Source of the DNA: Leucoraja ocellata
Lineage: Eukaryota
DNA length: 64,000 bases
Assembly: GCA_036785375.1 (NCBI GenBank)
Contig: JAWMAR010000077.1
Coordinates: 248,001 to 312,000 of the forward strand
Direction of reading: 5' to 3'
The notes beneath the pieces were generated by a model, which searched no databases, was not told the origin of the DNA, and saw only the letters and a list, made by a program, of their open reading frames with translations. Position numbers and translations under genes: made by a program. Below, in pieces: positions 1-11,900 of the stretch; the stretch's first letter is position 1; each line of letters begins with the position of its first letter.

Positions 1-220
1 GGAATTCTCTGCCACAGAAGGTAGTTGAGGCCAGTTCATTGGCTATATTTAAGAGGTAGTTAGATGTGGCCCTTGTGGCTATAGGGATCAGGGGGTATGG
101 AGAGAAGGCAGGTACGGGATACTGAGTTGGATGATCAGCCATGATCATATTGAATGGCGGTGCAGACTCGAAGGGCCGAATGGCCTACTCCTGCACCCAT
201 TTTCTATGTTTCTATGTTTC
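1..220 (+). mobile_element. CR1 LINE 3' end
   Basis: Encodes ...NSLPQKVVEA...; 3' UTR and (TTTCTATG)n tail nearly identical to other copies in the window. Confidence 0.9.
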
Positions 221-991
221 ATCCAATCTAGCTTATAAATGGTTAAGTCTCTGATCTCTGAGGTGCCCCAATACCTTCTGATTTCCAATCCAAAAATGAC
301 CATTTATTCTACTTTCCGTTTCTGCTCCTTGACCACCCATCTACTCATGCTAAAACTACCCCAAACGCATGCCACAAATGATCTGGTTAATGGTGTAACA
401 GACATGTTAATGGAATGCTCTGGTATGATCATTCAAGCACAGTTCAGTAGATAGTTTGTTGATTTAATATCTCAGTCTTCCTTCAGCCATAGATTTACAC
501 TCATGTCTGCAGTGACTCGTGGACCTCTGAAACAAAGGAGAGAACCCTGCCAGTGAGCTAACAGCCCACTTGCAAAATTGGGTTGTCAGACTGGTGTATA
601 AATTAATACTTTATAGGAAGTGGTTATGATTTAATTCACTCTCTTGAATAACAAAACTCGACAACATCATGCATTCGATAGGCTTGTTTGGTCAGGATAA
701 AGCTCCACAGTGAGATAGAGCATAAACTGCATAACATAAGAGTTAATTATATAGCTCATGTACATTTGATGTGTGTGTCCATGAACAACCTGTTTAGCTC
801 AACTAACACTGTTGTATGCACATTCTTGAAGGGAGGTTATCTGTTGGAGCTATTCAAAATTATCTTTCATAAACCATGTAGAAAAACATACTTTTTTGAA
901 GTATCTTTTACAACCTCATAACATCCCAAAGCAATTTGGAACCAATCAGGTATTTCTGAAGTCTTGCCCCATGCAAACATTTATTGGTGCC

Positions 992-1200
992 CAGGGCCGG
1001 CCTTAAGCCAATTGGACCAATTGCTCCCAATTGGGCCCCGCGCTAGGCTGGTGGGCAACACATTCTATCCCCTCAGCAGCCACCCCAGTAGGTGAAATTC
1101 CTCACCGACAACAACACAGCCCTGCGGTTAACTCTCAGTACTGTCAGTGATGGAAATGGGGGGGATACGCAGGGGGACGGCGTTCCCCTACTTTTCAGTT
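992..1200. mobile_element. Putative hAT-type non-autonomous DNA transposon ends
   Basis: CAGGGCCGGCC... at 992 and CAGTGATGG... at 1145 resemble hAT termini; partner TIRs not found. Confidence 0.35.
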
Positions 1201-1565
1201 TCCAGCTCGGGTTTAATGAGTACTGAGGAAAGATTGGAGTCATTTATCACATGATTCAACTGCGACAAAAACAATTTGTTAACTGCCACTGTTAGCACTT
1301 GTTAACAGCCTTTAGTTAACACGTAGTTATACAATGTGTTACCAATACATCGATCTGCATTCCTCAGTCAATATAATTGTGTTTTGACCAAGTATTAATG
1401 ATGTGGCATTCCTTTTAATAAAATTTACGGCAGAATTTCTTAAAACCTACTGTCATTAAGGGCTCCGGACCGTGAACACAGGCTTCTTCCTGGTGTGCAG
1501 GTCCAGTCATTCATCCACGTTGTTTTAAGAAGGAATTGCAAATGCTGTAACAATCGAAGGTAAAC

Positions 1566-1624
1566 AATGCTGGAGAAACTCAGCGGGTGAGGCAGCATTT
1601 CACCTGCTGAGTTTCTCCAGCATT
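1566..1624. repeat. Hairpin formed by two inverted Penelope tail ends
   Basis: aatgctggagaaactcagcgggtga / tcacctgctgagtttctccagcatt, about 25-bp arms and a 9-nt loop. Confidence 0.8.
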
Positions 1625-2302
1625 TTTGACCATTCACGTTATTTGGTAATTTGTACCGGTCATTTAGGGATGTTATATGAATTTTTTTTAAATAAGTTTA
1701 TGCGTGTTGTTTTCTCTCTCTCTCCTTCAAGGTTAGTTGTTCTGTTTGCCTTTATTTGCTTCAGTTTTATTTAGTTTTATTTAGCTCGTGGTTGTAGCTT
1801 TTGAACGATTTAAACGTATCGGATTTTTTAAATTCATATAAATTCATAGCGTTGTCCGAGCGCCAAATCCCTTCAGCTGCACCTGCAACTGAAGCAATGG
1901 GTCGATTAGTAGACCTTGAAGAGGCATTGACACTTTGATTTTATGTCGAGCAGTAATAGAGAAGGGCTCCGGACCGCGAGCTCACTGACTGAATGATACA
2001 GACGTCCTGACTGAAAATCACACCTTTCTGATCAATTATTTTAGGATAGGCCTTTCTAGAGAACATGCTACTTTTTGCTTTACCCATTTTTAAAATATAG
2101 AATTTTGAATTTGGCGTTTGATTGGTACAAGGAGACTACAAAGCTCGTAATATCTATTTTTTTTGCACACTAACTTTCTACACTTCTATTATTTATGTAT
2201 ATGGCAATTATGGCTCATGGAATTTTCTCCCACATTACGTTATATTCATAACAACATATTTAAATATGTGAAATTTTCAATCTTTCTCAACCGCTTATAA
2301 AA

Positions 2303-2500
2303 TGCCTGAAGAAGGGACCCGACCCTAAATGTCACCTAGCCATTCCCTCCATAGATAGACACAAAATGCTGGAGTAACTCAGCGGGTCAGGCAGCATCTC
2401 TGGAGAGAAGGAATAGGTGATGTTTTGGGTCGAGACCCTTCTTCGGACCCTCCTTCGATCCAGCCTGACCTGCTGAGTTCTCCAGCACTTTATGTTTTGC
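2303..2500. mobile_element. Nested or inverted short Penelope-tail fragments (similar pieces near 3155-3283, 20358-20545, 33832-33925, 52808-52915, 58340-58465, 60403-60475)
   Basis: Share ctgaagaaggg..ccc.aaac.tcacc and gatgctgcctgacccgctgagttactccagc motifs with the longer Penelope copies. Confidence 0.75.
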
Positions 2501-2812
2501 TCTTAAATTAAATTAGTGGTCCGCTGAAGAAACAACACAATAGACCACTCTGGAAGTGCAAGTTTTGCTGTACACTTCATACTGTAGAACACATCATAAT
2601 ACACCTTGAGTTGTCTGTTGTCTAGAATTAATCGATACCCACAGAGAAAAGCACATAGAAACAAGGCAAGAAGAGTCAGACGTCCATCACTGTTCTGCAC
2701 AAATAATTCAATCAACCTTGCCCTTTGAATATAGAAACAAGACAAAAATAATGCCACAGATTCAATCATATATGGTTCAATGAAATTAATATATATATGT
2801 AAAAATATATAT

Positions 2813-3014
2813 GGAAACAGGCCCTTCAGCCCACCAAGTCCACACTGACCAGCAATCTATCATGCACCAATTCCATCCATCATGCCAGGGACAATTTACA
2901 GAAGCCAATTAACCTACAAACCTGCACTTCTTTTGGATATTGGAGAAACTGGAATATCCAGAGAAAACCCATGTGGTAGTAAGTCAGCAACTCTACCGCT
3001 GCGCCACCGTGCCA
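2813..3014 (-). mobile_element. HE1-like V-SINE, degraded
   Basis: Reverse complement has tRNA-like head gcacggtggcgcagcggtagagttgctg and a CR1-like tail. Confidence 0.75.
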
Positions 3015-3324
3015 CTCCATTAAATTATTTTTTTCTGTAATATATTTATTATGGTGTCACGTGAATAAAGTTGAACACATGATTCTGATTTCTGCCCTTA
3101 GTTGGATAACACACATCTCCAGTCATTGTGTTTTATGGCTGGTTTTCAACATCTTCAGGTTGAAGGTCTGGACCCGAAACATCACCCATTCTTTCTTCCC
3201 AGAGATGCTGCCTGTCCTGCTGAGTTTTTCTAATTTTTAGTGTCTATCTTCAGTTTAACCCAGCATCTGCAATTCCTTTCTACACTATTTGTTAAGCAAT
3301 ACAGGTCCTATTCTCATTATATAA

Positions 3325-3404
3325 TTTTGTGATCAGTGTGAGAGCGTGAGAATTTTGTGAAATGCGTGAGTCTCACGCTGAATGCGTGAGAGTTGGCAGC
3401 CCTG
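3325..3404. mobile_element. hAT-like MITE terminus with gcgtgaga subterminal repeats
   Basis: Ends in gttggcagccctg (reverse complement CAGGGCTGCCAAC); same family at 44800-44911. Confidence 0.6.
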
Positions 3405-3762
3405 CTAATAATGCAAACATTTTATGCAAGTTCCAATTGTTTGGACAAAAATAATTTATTACTGCTTTATAACAGTTAAGACCATTTCAGGAATTATGGC
3501 AGTCAACAAACAATCAACTAACAAATTAAAGCAAACTTAAAACAAATAACATGTTCCCTTTCCTGACTACCTCATAAGTACTTTAACGCTGTTAACAGAG
3601 CAAAGGGATATTAATCTCAAGAATCTCAAGAATCAAATGGGGGAAGTGGGGGCAATTTTGCTTAAATTTTGCTTAAATGGTCATTCTAAGCCCATTCAGA
3701 TCAGCATAGTCAGAGTTATACAATATGTACATAGCTGGCCTAATTTGTCCATAATGATCATG

Positions 3763-4654
3763 TAACCATATAACCATATAATAATTACAGCACGGAAACA
3801 GGCCATCTCGGCCGTTCTAGTCCGTGCCGAACACATATTCTCCCCTAGTCCCAACTACCTGCACAGACCATAACCCTCCATTCCTTTCCCATGCATATAC
3901 CTATCCAATTTATTTTTAAATGATAAAATCAAACCTGCCTCCACCACTTCCACTGGAAGCTCATTCCACACAGCTCCCTACTCTCAATGGAAAACGCTTA
4001 TCCACGTCAACTCTGTCTATCCCTCTCATAATTTTAAAGACCTCTATCAAGTCCCCCCTTAACCTTCTGTGCTCCAAAGAATAAAGACCTATCTTGTTCA
4101 ACCTATCTCTGTAACTTAGTTGCTGAAACCCAGGCAACATTCTAGTAAATCTCCTCTGTACTCTCTCTATTTTGTTGACATCTTTCCTATAATTTTGCGA
4201 CCAGAATTGTACACCATATTCCAGAATGCCTCACCAATGCCTCGTCCAATTTTAACATTACATCCCAACTTCTATACTCAATGCTCTGATTTATAAAGGC
4301 CAGCACACCAAAAGCTTTATTTACCTCCCTATCTATATGAGATTCCACCTTCAGGGAACTATGCACAGTTATTCCTAGATCCCTCTGGTCAACTGCATTC
4401 CTCAATTCGCTACCATTTACCATGTACGTCCTATTTTGATTTGTCCTGCCAAGATGTAGCACCTCACACTTATCAGCATTAAACTCCATCTGCCATCTTT
4501 CAGCACATTCTTCCAAATGGCCTAAATCTCTCTGTAGACTTTGAAAATCTACTTCATTATCCACAATACCACCTATCTTAGTATCATCTGCATACTTACT
4601 AATCCAATTTACCACACCATCATCCAGATCATTGATGTACATGACAAACAACAG
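3763..4654 (-). mobile_element. CR1 LINE fragment (RT C-terminal half and 3' end), second subfamily
   Basis: ORF 4187-4663 contains YINDLD..SKYADDTKIGG..RDLG; (TATGGTTA)n-type tail. Confidence 0.9.
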
Positions 4655-5712
4655 ACATTTCAACTACAAGGGAGTTGATGGGTAGGAAAAGAATGTGGGA
4701 AAGTGGTGTTGAGGCAGTGGATTGGAACAAATATTGGATGACAGATCAGACTGGAGGACTGGAGAGACATTATCACCTCTTATGTTCTGATGTGAAAGAG
4801 ATAGATCTTAAACGTAAGATAGTTATTTCATAAATGTGATGGGAATTTGGTGCCTTTATTCAGTGGGCAGATACGGATTAGCTGCCTAAAATGAGAATTG
4901 CCTAGATTACTTGGACTGAATGTTGTTTTCTATGACTATTTCTGCGTATCAGTACTTCTGCTTAGTCATTGAGATTCGTTGGTTGCAGTGCAGGTTTTGA
5001 GGCCAGGCGTCTGTTTATCCACGCACAGCATAATGAGATCTAATCACTGGGCAGATTTGTCATTGCCTCAATTTACTTTTAAACAGTAGGTGAACTCTTC
5101 AAAACATGCCACATTTGTTATGTTCAGTGACAAAGACCAAAACTGCCCCCCAACACAGCCACTCAAAATCTTTCAAATATCATAGAGTCATACAGCAAGG
5201 TAATAGCCCCTTTGGTGCAACTCATCCATTTACCTGCATTTGGCCCATATCCCTCAAAGCCTTTCCTATCCATTCACCAGTCCCAATGTCTTTTAAATAT
5301 TGTTATTTGTACTACCCTGAACTATTTATCTGGCAGCTCATTCCATATAACCACATCCCCATTTGGGGCATTTAATAATAGTTCAAATAGATTTTAAAAA
5401 ACTGAAATATATGTGTAATGTTAAACAATTTAACTTTGAAAAATATTAAGGTGAAATATATAAATAAAAGCATACACTGTTTTGACCAGTAGGACTGAGC
5501 TCTTTGTGCCATTGTACAAGTGAGTGGCCAGGTACGAAGTGCATCCAGCCTCTGCTATACACGTTTGTGCTTTGCTGCTAGTGATGAGTCCATGAGAGAC
5601 CATGAACTCTACACAGACAGCATCCTAATAAAAGTAACGCTACTGATGGGACACAAGGGGGCATGTAGCTTCTCTATGCATACATTGACTCCATCAACTT
5701 TCTGTTGTTTAG

Positions 5713-5969
5713 GAGGAAGAGGTTTGAAGTTGGAAACATGGAAAAATGGCAACTTGCGTGGCTTGCCAAACTACAATGAAAGTACCGTGGGATACAACAC
5801 ATCTTGGATAGAGGAGGCCTTTTATAAAGCCTCCACACCATGGTGTCCATCTGTTACGCGTCTAAGTGGGTTCTTCATTGCTCCGGAGACTGATACTTAC
5901 CGTTTCTATATCACAGGGAGAGGCGTGTTTGAACTTTACTTTAGCTTAACTGGGCCTCCTCAGGACAAG
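5713..5969 (+). CDS. PKHD1L1: PKHD1L1 exon w1 (PA14 domain)
   Basis: ttttag|GA...AAG|gtacgt; GGRGLKLETWKNG...RLSGFFIAPETDTYRFYITGRGVFELYFSLTGPPQDK; phase 1 to 0. Confidence 0.92.
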
Positions 5970-8900
5970 GTACGTAAGCAGACAAGTTTAATCATGCTTG
6001 AATTGATTCAACTACATTACAGGTGAATTTAACACCAGGCAGGAGGTTTGACCAATGTTGAGGTTATATGAAAGTGAACGATGACAGTGAGGAGGATTGG
6101 AACTGTGATAAGACACGGAAATGGGATTAGTCTCTCCTGACACCAGTATGGCACAGACATATTCAATAATTATACAAAACAGACTTGCATATTTGAATTA
6201 GTTTCAAAATGTTGGCCCTCAGAAGTCCTGATAGATATTAAAATGAAACACGGTAAGAAACATAGAAAATAGGTGCAGGAGTAGGCCATTCGGCCCTTCG
6301 AGCCTGCACCGCTATTCAATATGATCATGGCTGATCATTCAACTCAGTATCCCGTACCTGCCTTCTCTCCATACCCCCTGATCCCCTTAGCCACAAGGGC
6401 CACATCTAACTCCCTCTTAAATATAGCCAATGAACTGGCCTCAACTACCCTCTGTGGCAGAGAGTTCCAGAGATTCACCACTCTCTGTGTGAAAAATGTT
6501 TTTCTCATCTCAGTCCTAAAGGATTTCCCCTTTATCCTTAAACTGTGACCCCTTGTCCTGGACTTCCCCAACATCGAGAACAATCTTCCTGCATCTAGCC
6601 TGTCCAACCCCTTAAGAATTTTGTACGTTTCTATAAGATCCCCCCTCAATCTTCTATATTCTAGTGAGTACAAGCCGAGTCTATCCAGTCCTTCTTCATA
6701 TGAAAGTACTGACATCCCAGGAATCAGTCTGGTGAACCTTCTCTGTACTCCCTCTATGGCAATAATGTCCTTCCTCAGATTAGGTGACCAAAACTGTACG
6801 CAATACTCCAGGTGTGGTCTCACCAAGACCCTGTACAACTGCAGTAGAACCTCAGTAGTACGGGATGGGAGGGGAACTCCAACGCTCGCGGTCCAGCGCC
6901 CGACACCCAAATTACGTTATTTAAAAAATAATCGAAAACCAGCTGCGACTAAAAATAAGACTTCCACTACCTGCAACCTCCGGGAACCACCTGCAACCTC
7001 CGGGAACCACCTGCAACCTCCGGGAACCACCTGCAACCTCCGGGAACCACCGTCAACCAGCATCGCAACCGGCTTCAACTGAAAAATTACCGATTTTTAA
7101 AACAGCAACCTATTTTTAGTCAGGGCCGTTTTTGGATTTTTTGAAATAATCGCCGGAACATAGAAGAAGCGGAAACCACTTTCGACCATTAGGGAAACTG
7201 ACAAAAACCTCCAGGAACCTCCGGGAAACCTTGGGTGGGGTGTAAAGTCTCCAGAGGTTTCCGTTCAGGTTTCCTATGTGGGACAGGGGCATTAAGGCAC
7301 ACAAATTGGTCACTGTGTTAAACAGATGCAAACTTCCATATCTAATTAGAAGTACAGAAGGATTTCAGGAGGAGGTGATCATCTTACATGTTCTGTCTCT
7401 GCATCTTTCTTAGACTAAAGTTGCCTCTGGCAGTCGGCAGTACGGGGACTATTCATCATCGTACAGCCACGCCTCTGATACAATGCGACTTGAGAAAGGG
7501 AAAGGGTAAGTTCACCTGACAAACTCTTCAAGTTTTCAGCCTTCCACACGACAATTGCAAAATTACATGAAACATGTACACACGCAATGTAACTTACATA
7601 TTTAATATTTTGCATCTGTAATTTGCATTGATGTCGTGTCTACATATTGCACTCATTTGCATGCTCTTTAAAATATACACCTGTGCATTATGCTGAATTC
7701 CAAATTTAGATGTGCAATTTAACTGAAAACATATGGAAAATGTATGTTGGGGTTAAATTTGGGACATGTAAAATTAAATTTGTCTTTGGAAATAATAACC
7801 CTGAAATCTTGTCGAGGGCACCAAGAAACTGGCAGAGGAGTCAGGTATTTCAGCTGTAAAACCATCATAGATCAAATCAGCAAACTATATTTCTCAATTA
7901 CATCACTATGGCACCATCTCTGGGATAAAAACTTGTCAGCCTAAGCCATCTCCATATGTTCTTCCCTGAACATTGAAATTGTTGGCGTAGTTTATTACTG
8001 ACTGCTTCATATGATTGCTTGATGATCATAAATGGTGGCCGACTAGGAAAAGGGGAGATGCAGCGAGACCTGGGTGTCATGGTACACCAGTCATTGAAAG
8101 TAGGCATGCAGGTGCAGCAGGCAGTGAAGAAAGCGAATGGTATGTTAGCTTTCATAGCAAAAGGATTTGAGTATAGGAGCAGGGAGGTTCTACTGCAGTT
8201 GTACAGGGTCTTGGTGAGACCACACCTGGAGTATTGTGTACAGTTTTGGTCTCCAAATCTGAGGAAGGACATTATTGCCATAGAGGGAGTGCAGAGAAGG
8301 TTCACCAGACTGATTCCTGGGATGTCAGGACTGTCTTATGAAGAAAGACTGGATAGACTTGGTTTATACTCTCTAGAGTTTAGGAGATTGAGAGGGGATC
8401 TTATAGAAACTTACAAAGTTCTTAAGGGGTTGGACAGGCTTGATGCAGGAAGATTGCTCCCGATGTTGGGGAAGTCCAGGACAAGGGGTCACAGCTTAAG
8501 GATAATGGGGGAATCCTTTAAAACCGAGATGAGAAGAACTTTTTTCACACAGAGAGTGGTGAATCTCTGGAACTCTCTGCCGCAGAGGGTAGTCGAGGCC
8601 AGTTGATTGGCTATATTTAAGAGGAAGTTAGATGTGGCCCTTGTGGCTAAGGGGATCAGAGGGTATGGAGAGAAGGCAGGTACGGGATACTGAGTTGGAT
8701 GATCAGCCATGATCATATTGAATGGCGGTGCAGGCTCGAAGGGCCGAATGGCCTACTCCTGCACCTAATTTCTATGTTTCTATGTTTCTATACTGCCCAG
8801 TGGGACACTGAAGTTGGACCTGATTTACTGAGATCTCATAATATATAATAGAGGTAGTCCATAAGATTTTGCAAATGAAGGAATACATTCTATTCATAGT

Positions 8901-11900
8901 CAAACCGCACAGAAACAATCTCTGCAGCATACCATAACCACACCAACAGTCCACTGAAAGACTTAGGAATATTTTAAGACAACATCCCTTATTCTGACTC
9001 GCCGAGTCACACTCTCCAAAAGTGAGATCAAAGGATGCTTACATATCAGGCTCCGAGGCCACAATTTTTGACTTTTGAATAAATAGAATGAACAGCAGAA
9101 TATCTGTTCGCTTTTCGAGAAGCCGACACAGGCAGCAGTGCCGGGAATCAAGAAGCGAGTGCCCACCTAAATGAACATTAATTTGATTCCTGCTGGTCTT
9201 CCTCAAAAAGTTGCACATGAGCCGAGGAGAAATGTGTGGCCAAGGTGCATGTGTTTGAACCTTTTACTGATAGGGACTTGGAGAAGAAGATTAGGTCAGG
9301 AATACACCAGAAAGGGAGCAAAGACAGAAATAGCTGAGCATTATGCTAGCACCAGACTGTCACAAGAAAATAAGGACTGAAGGGGATCACTCAGCCCCCT
9401 CAAGCCTGCCCCACCATTCAATATGATCATGGCTGCTCTCTGCCGGCCTCAATTCCCCTTCTGCACCAGAAGGCGACTCCGGACTGTCAAAGCTGCCACA
9501 CCCAGACATAAAAACAGCTTTTTTCCACGAGTAGTAGCTCTACTCAATAACCAAAAATTTGTGGCTTCCTTTTGCTCTGGTATTTTATTTTATTCACACG
9601 TTTAATCAATAATGTTTTATTATTAATATTTAATGTTTTATGTATCATTCGTAACTGTCACTGTATGTCATGTTGTCACTTGTGGGCGGAGCACCAAGGC
9701 AAATTCCTTGTTTGTGAATACTTGGCCAATAAACTTATTCATTCATTCATTCATTCATTAATTCCTCATAATCCTCAATTCTTTAATCTTTAAAATGTTT
9801 ATATATCTCCATGGCCTCCTCCCGTGTTGTGAGTTACTTTGCAACGACAACAGTTTGAATTTACATGGAGACTCCAGCAATGAAGGCCCATGTTCTTTCA
9901 GCAGGAGTGGCATCAAACCTTGTCAGCAAGCTGCAAGTGAACAGGTGAACAATTAGTACAGGTGTCAGAGGTTATGGGGAGAAGGCAGGAGAATGGGGTT
10001 AGGAGGGAGAGATAGATCAGCCATGATAGAATGGCAGAGTTGTCTTGATGGGCCGAATGGCCTAATTCTACTCCTATCACTTATGACCTGATGACCTTGT
10101 AACAGAAGCCAGCTCAGAGAGAGGTTTTAAGAATGAGAGAGTCCAATACCTGTAGTTGTTTGCTTTTCAGTAATGCGGAAATTGTTGGGAAGGTAACTGG
10201 TCTTTCTATTCATCACTGCCGTCAGACGTAGAACAGGCAGGACGTTTTTTATTTAATGTGATGAAGCAGTCTCACTGACCCAGGCAGAGTGAATCAAAAC
10301 TCACCCTCCCACATCTATTATCCACATTCTTGAAAGTGATAGTTTTTATTCCTACATGGAAGCCAGCCAGCCAATGAAATCAATGAAACTAGTGGCAGGA
10401 GGATGGACTGTTGGAGGATGGGACCAATCCAAATATTTACTGGTAATACAAACATTGAATCACAGCCAGGAATAGTAATCATGGTTGAAATACAGCTAAA
10501 ACCTCCAAAGCCACACAACTCTCTTATGTGGATCTTATAAGATGGCTGACATATTGTCAATGAGTGTAAAACTGAGGTGCTGTGCAGGAAGGGATATGGT
10601 GCACCTTTTCACTCTGTAACAGATGAGCTCCTTGATCTACAGCTCTTTGTCCCAGGATTGACAGAGATGGTTTATTTCACAGATATTACATGGAAGTGGT
10701 ACTAGAGGAGAACTCTGAGTCTTCCTTTGTATCTGTTGGTGCATACCTGGAAAACACCTCCTACACTGAGCAGCAGACAGGAGATGCTGTCAACGAATAT
10801 CAGAATATTAGGGCATACTCCCAGGTTGTCCACGAGAAACAGGTCAGTTCTGAATTCAATTCAATTCAATTCAATTCAATTTATTTGTCACTGAACCATG
10901 AACATCAATAAGCACAGTTCCCATGAGCAGCAGGCAGTTGCCCATTGAGGTTAATGGGAACAGGTGAGTCCCAGTGGTGGAGGTCTATGGTCATTCTCAC
11001 CTCCACCACTTTCAGGTGACTTTGCAGAAGCATCTGATCAAGACAACCTGAGGCCAACTCATGGTCTGCTATTACCAGATGTGTATGGGTTAAGGTCCAT
11101 GAAAGTCTTGGTGTTGGGTAGTGCATTTTCTCCCCTGTCCCCATGGGCCCCTGGAATCTGCCAGCGTCTACACTGGTTGAGCTGTCACACAGTGAGGGAG
11201 GGGGCAAGCAAGAAGTGTTGTACCTTTGTGGGAGCCCAGCCGCAGGTTCTGAAGTCACTGCCGGTTTACTTGCCTTGCCCACCCAGAGATTGTGCTAACC
11301 GTGCGATTTCTCAGCAGCATCAAGTGGTGACTGGGTTCTCCACTACACTCCTTGTGACTTTGTAGAACCTACTCCCGTGGGCTTCAGCCCAATGCTAAAA
11401 ACTGTGAGCTTTATTACAGTGTGGGACCACTCAACAAGGACCATTGAACAATAGAGCTAGGCCATTATCTCCAGCCTCTGTCATTGGGACTTTTTGGAGT
11501 GGGAGTTCAGATCTTTAAGGGCCTGTCTAACATGGTCGCTTGAGCCGTACGGCCTCGCGGGGCCGGTCCCACTTCGATCTCCGGAGCCATATGGAGTTGT
11601 ACGGGGCTGGTCCCGACATCGCGCGGGGCTCCGAAAAACTGACACTCTCCAAAAATTCCGCGCGGCAACGGCCTGTCGGCCCGCAGCCGCAATGAGGCCG
11701 TACGCAGCGCCTCGACGGGTGTGAGCAGCGTCTTGACACCGTACGCCTAGCGTGAACTTCCCGCGGACTTCGCTCGAAATTCACGTCAACTCGTATGGGA
11801 TCACTCGACCTCCGCGCGGCCCCCGCTTCCGGTTTGGTCGCGCTCGCTGCATGCAGTTGCATGCTCATGGGACAGGCCCTTAACTCCCTGACTTAAGTCA

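Noticed and set aside
5581-5646. GTGATGA...CTGA box C/D snoRNA-like arrangement 66 nt upstream of a 3' splice site
   Set aside because: The terminal stem is only ~3 bp, I found no convincing rRNA or snRNA guide, and such short motifs arise by chance. It also lacks the GAAA box needed for a hammerhead. snoscan plus small RNA-seq would settle it.
221-5712. Search for an upstream PKHD1L1 exon
   Set aside because: I found no splice-bounded segment resembling the expected preceding exon; it probably lies before the window, though I may have missed a short diverged exon.
6321-6548. Recurrent MIMADH...ILKL ORFs (also 8489, 35011, 40900, 46971, 56355)
   Set aside because: Antisense frames of the CR1 3' end, repeated only because the LINE is repeated.
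6971-7050. Four exact 20-bp direct repeats, superficially CRISPR-like
   Set aside because: No spacers, no cas genes, eukaryotic intron; it is an internal tandem repeat of a MITE also seen at 53010-53050.
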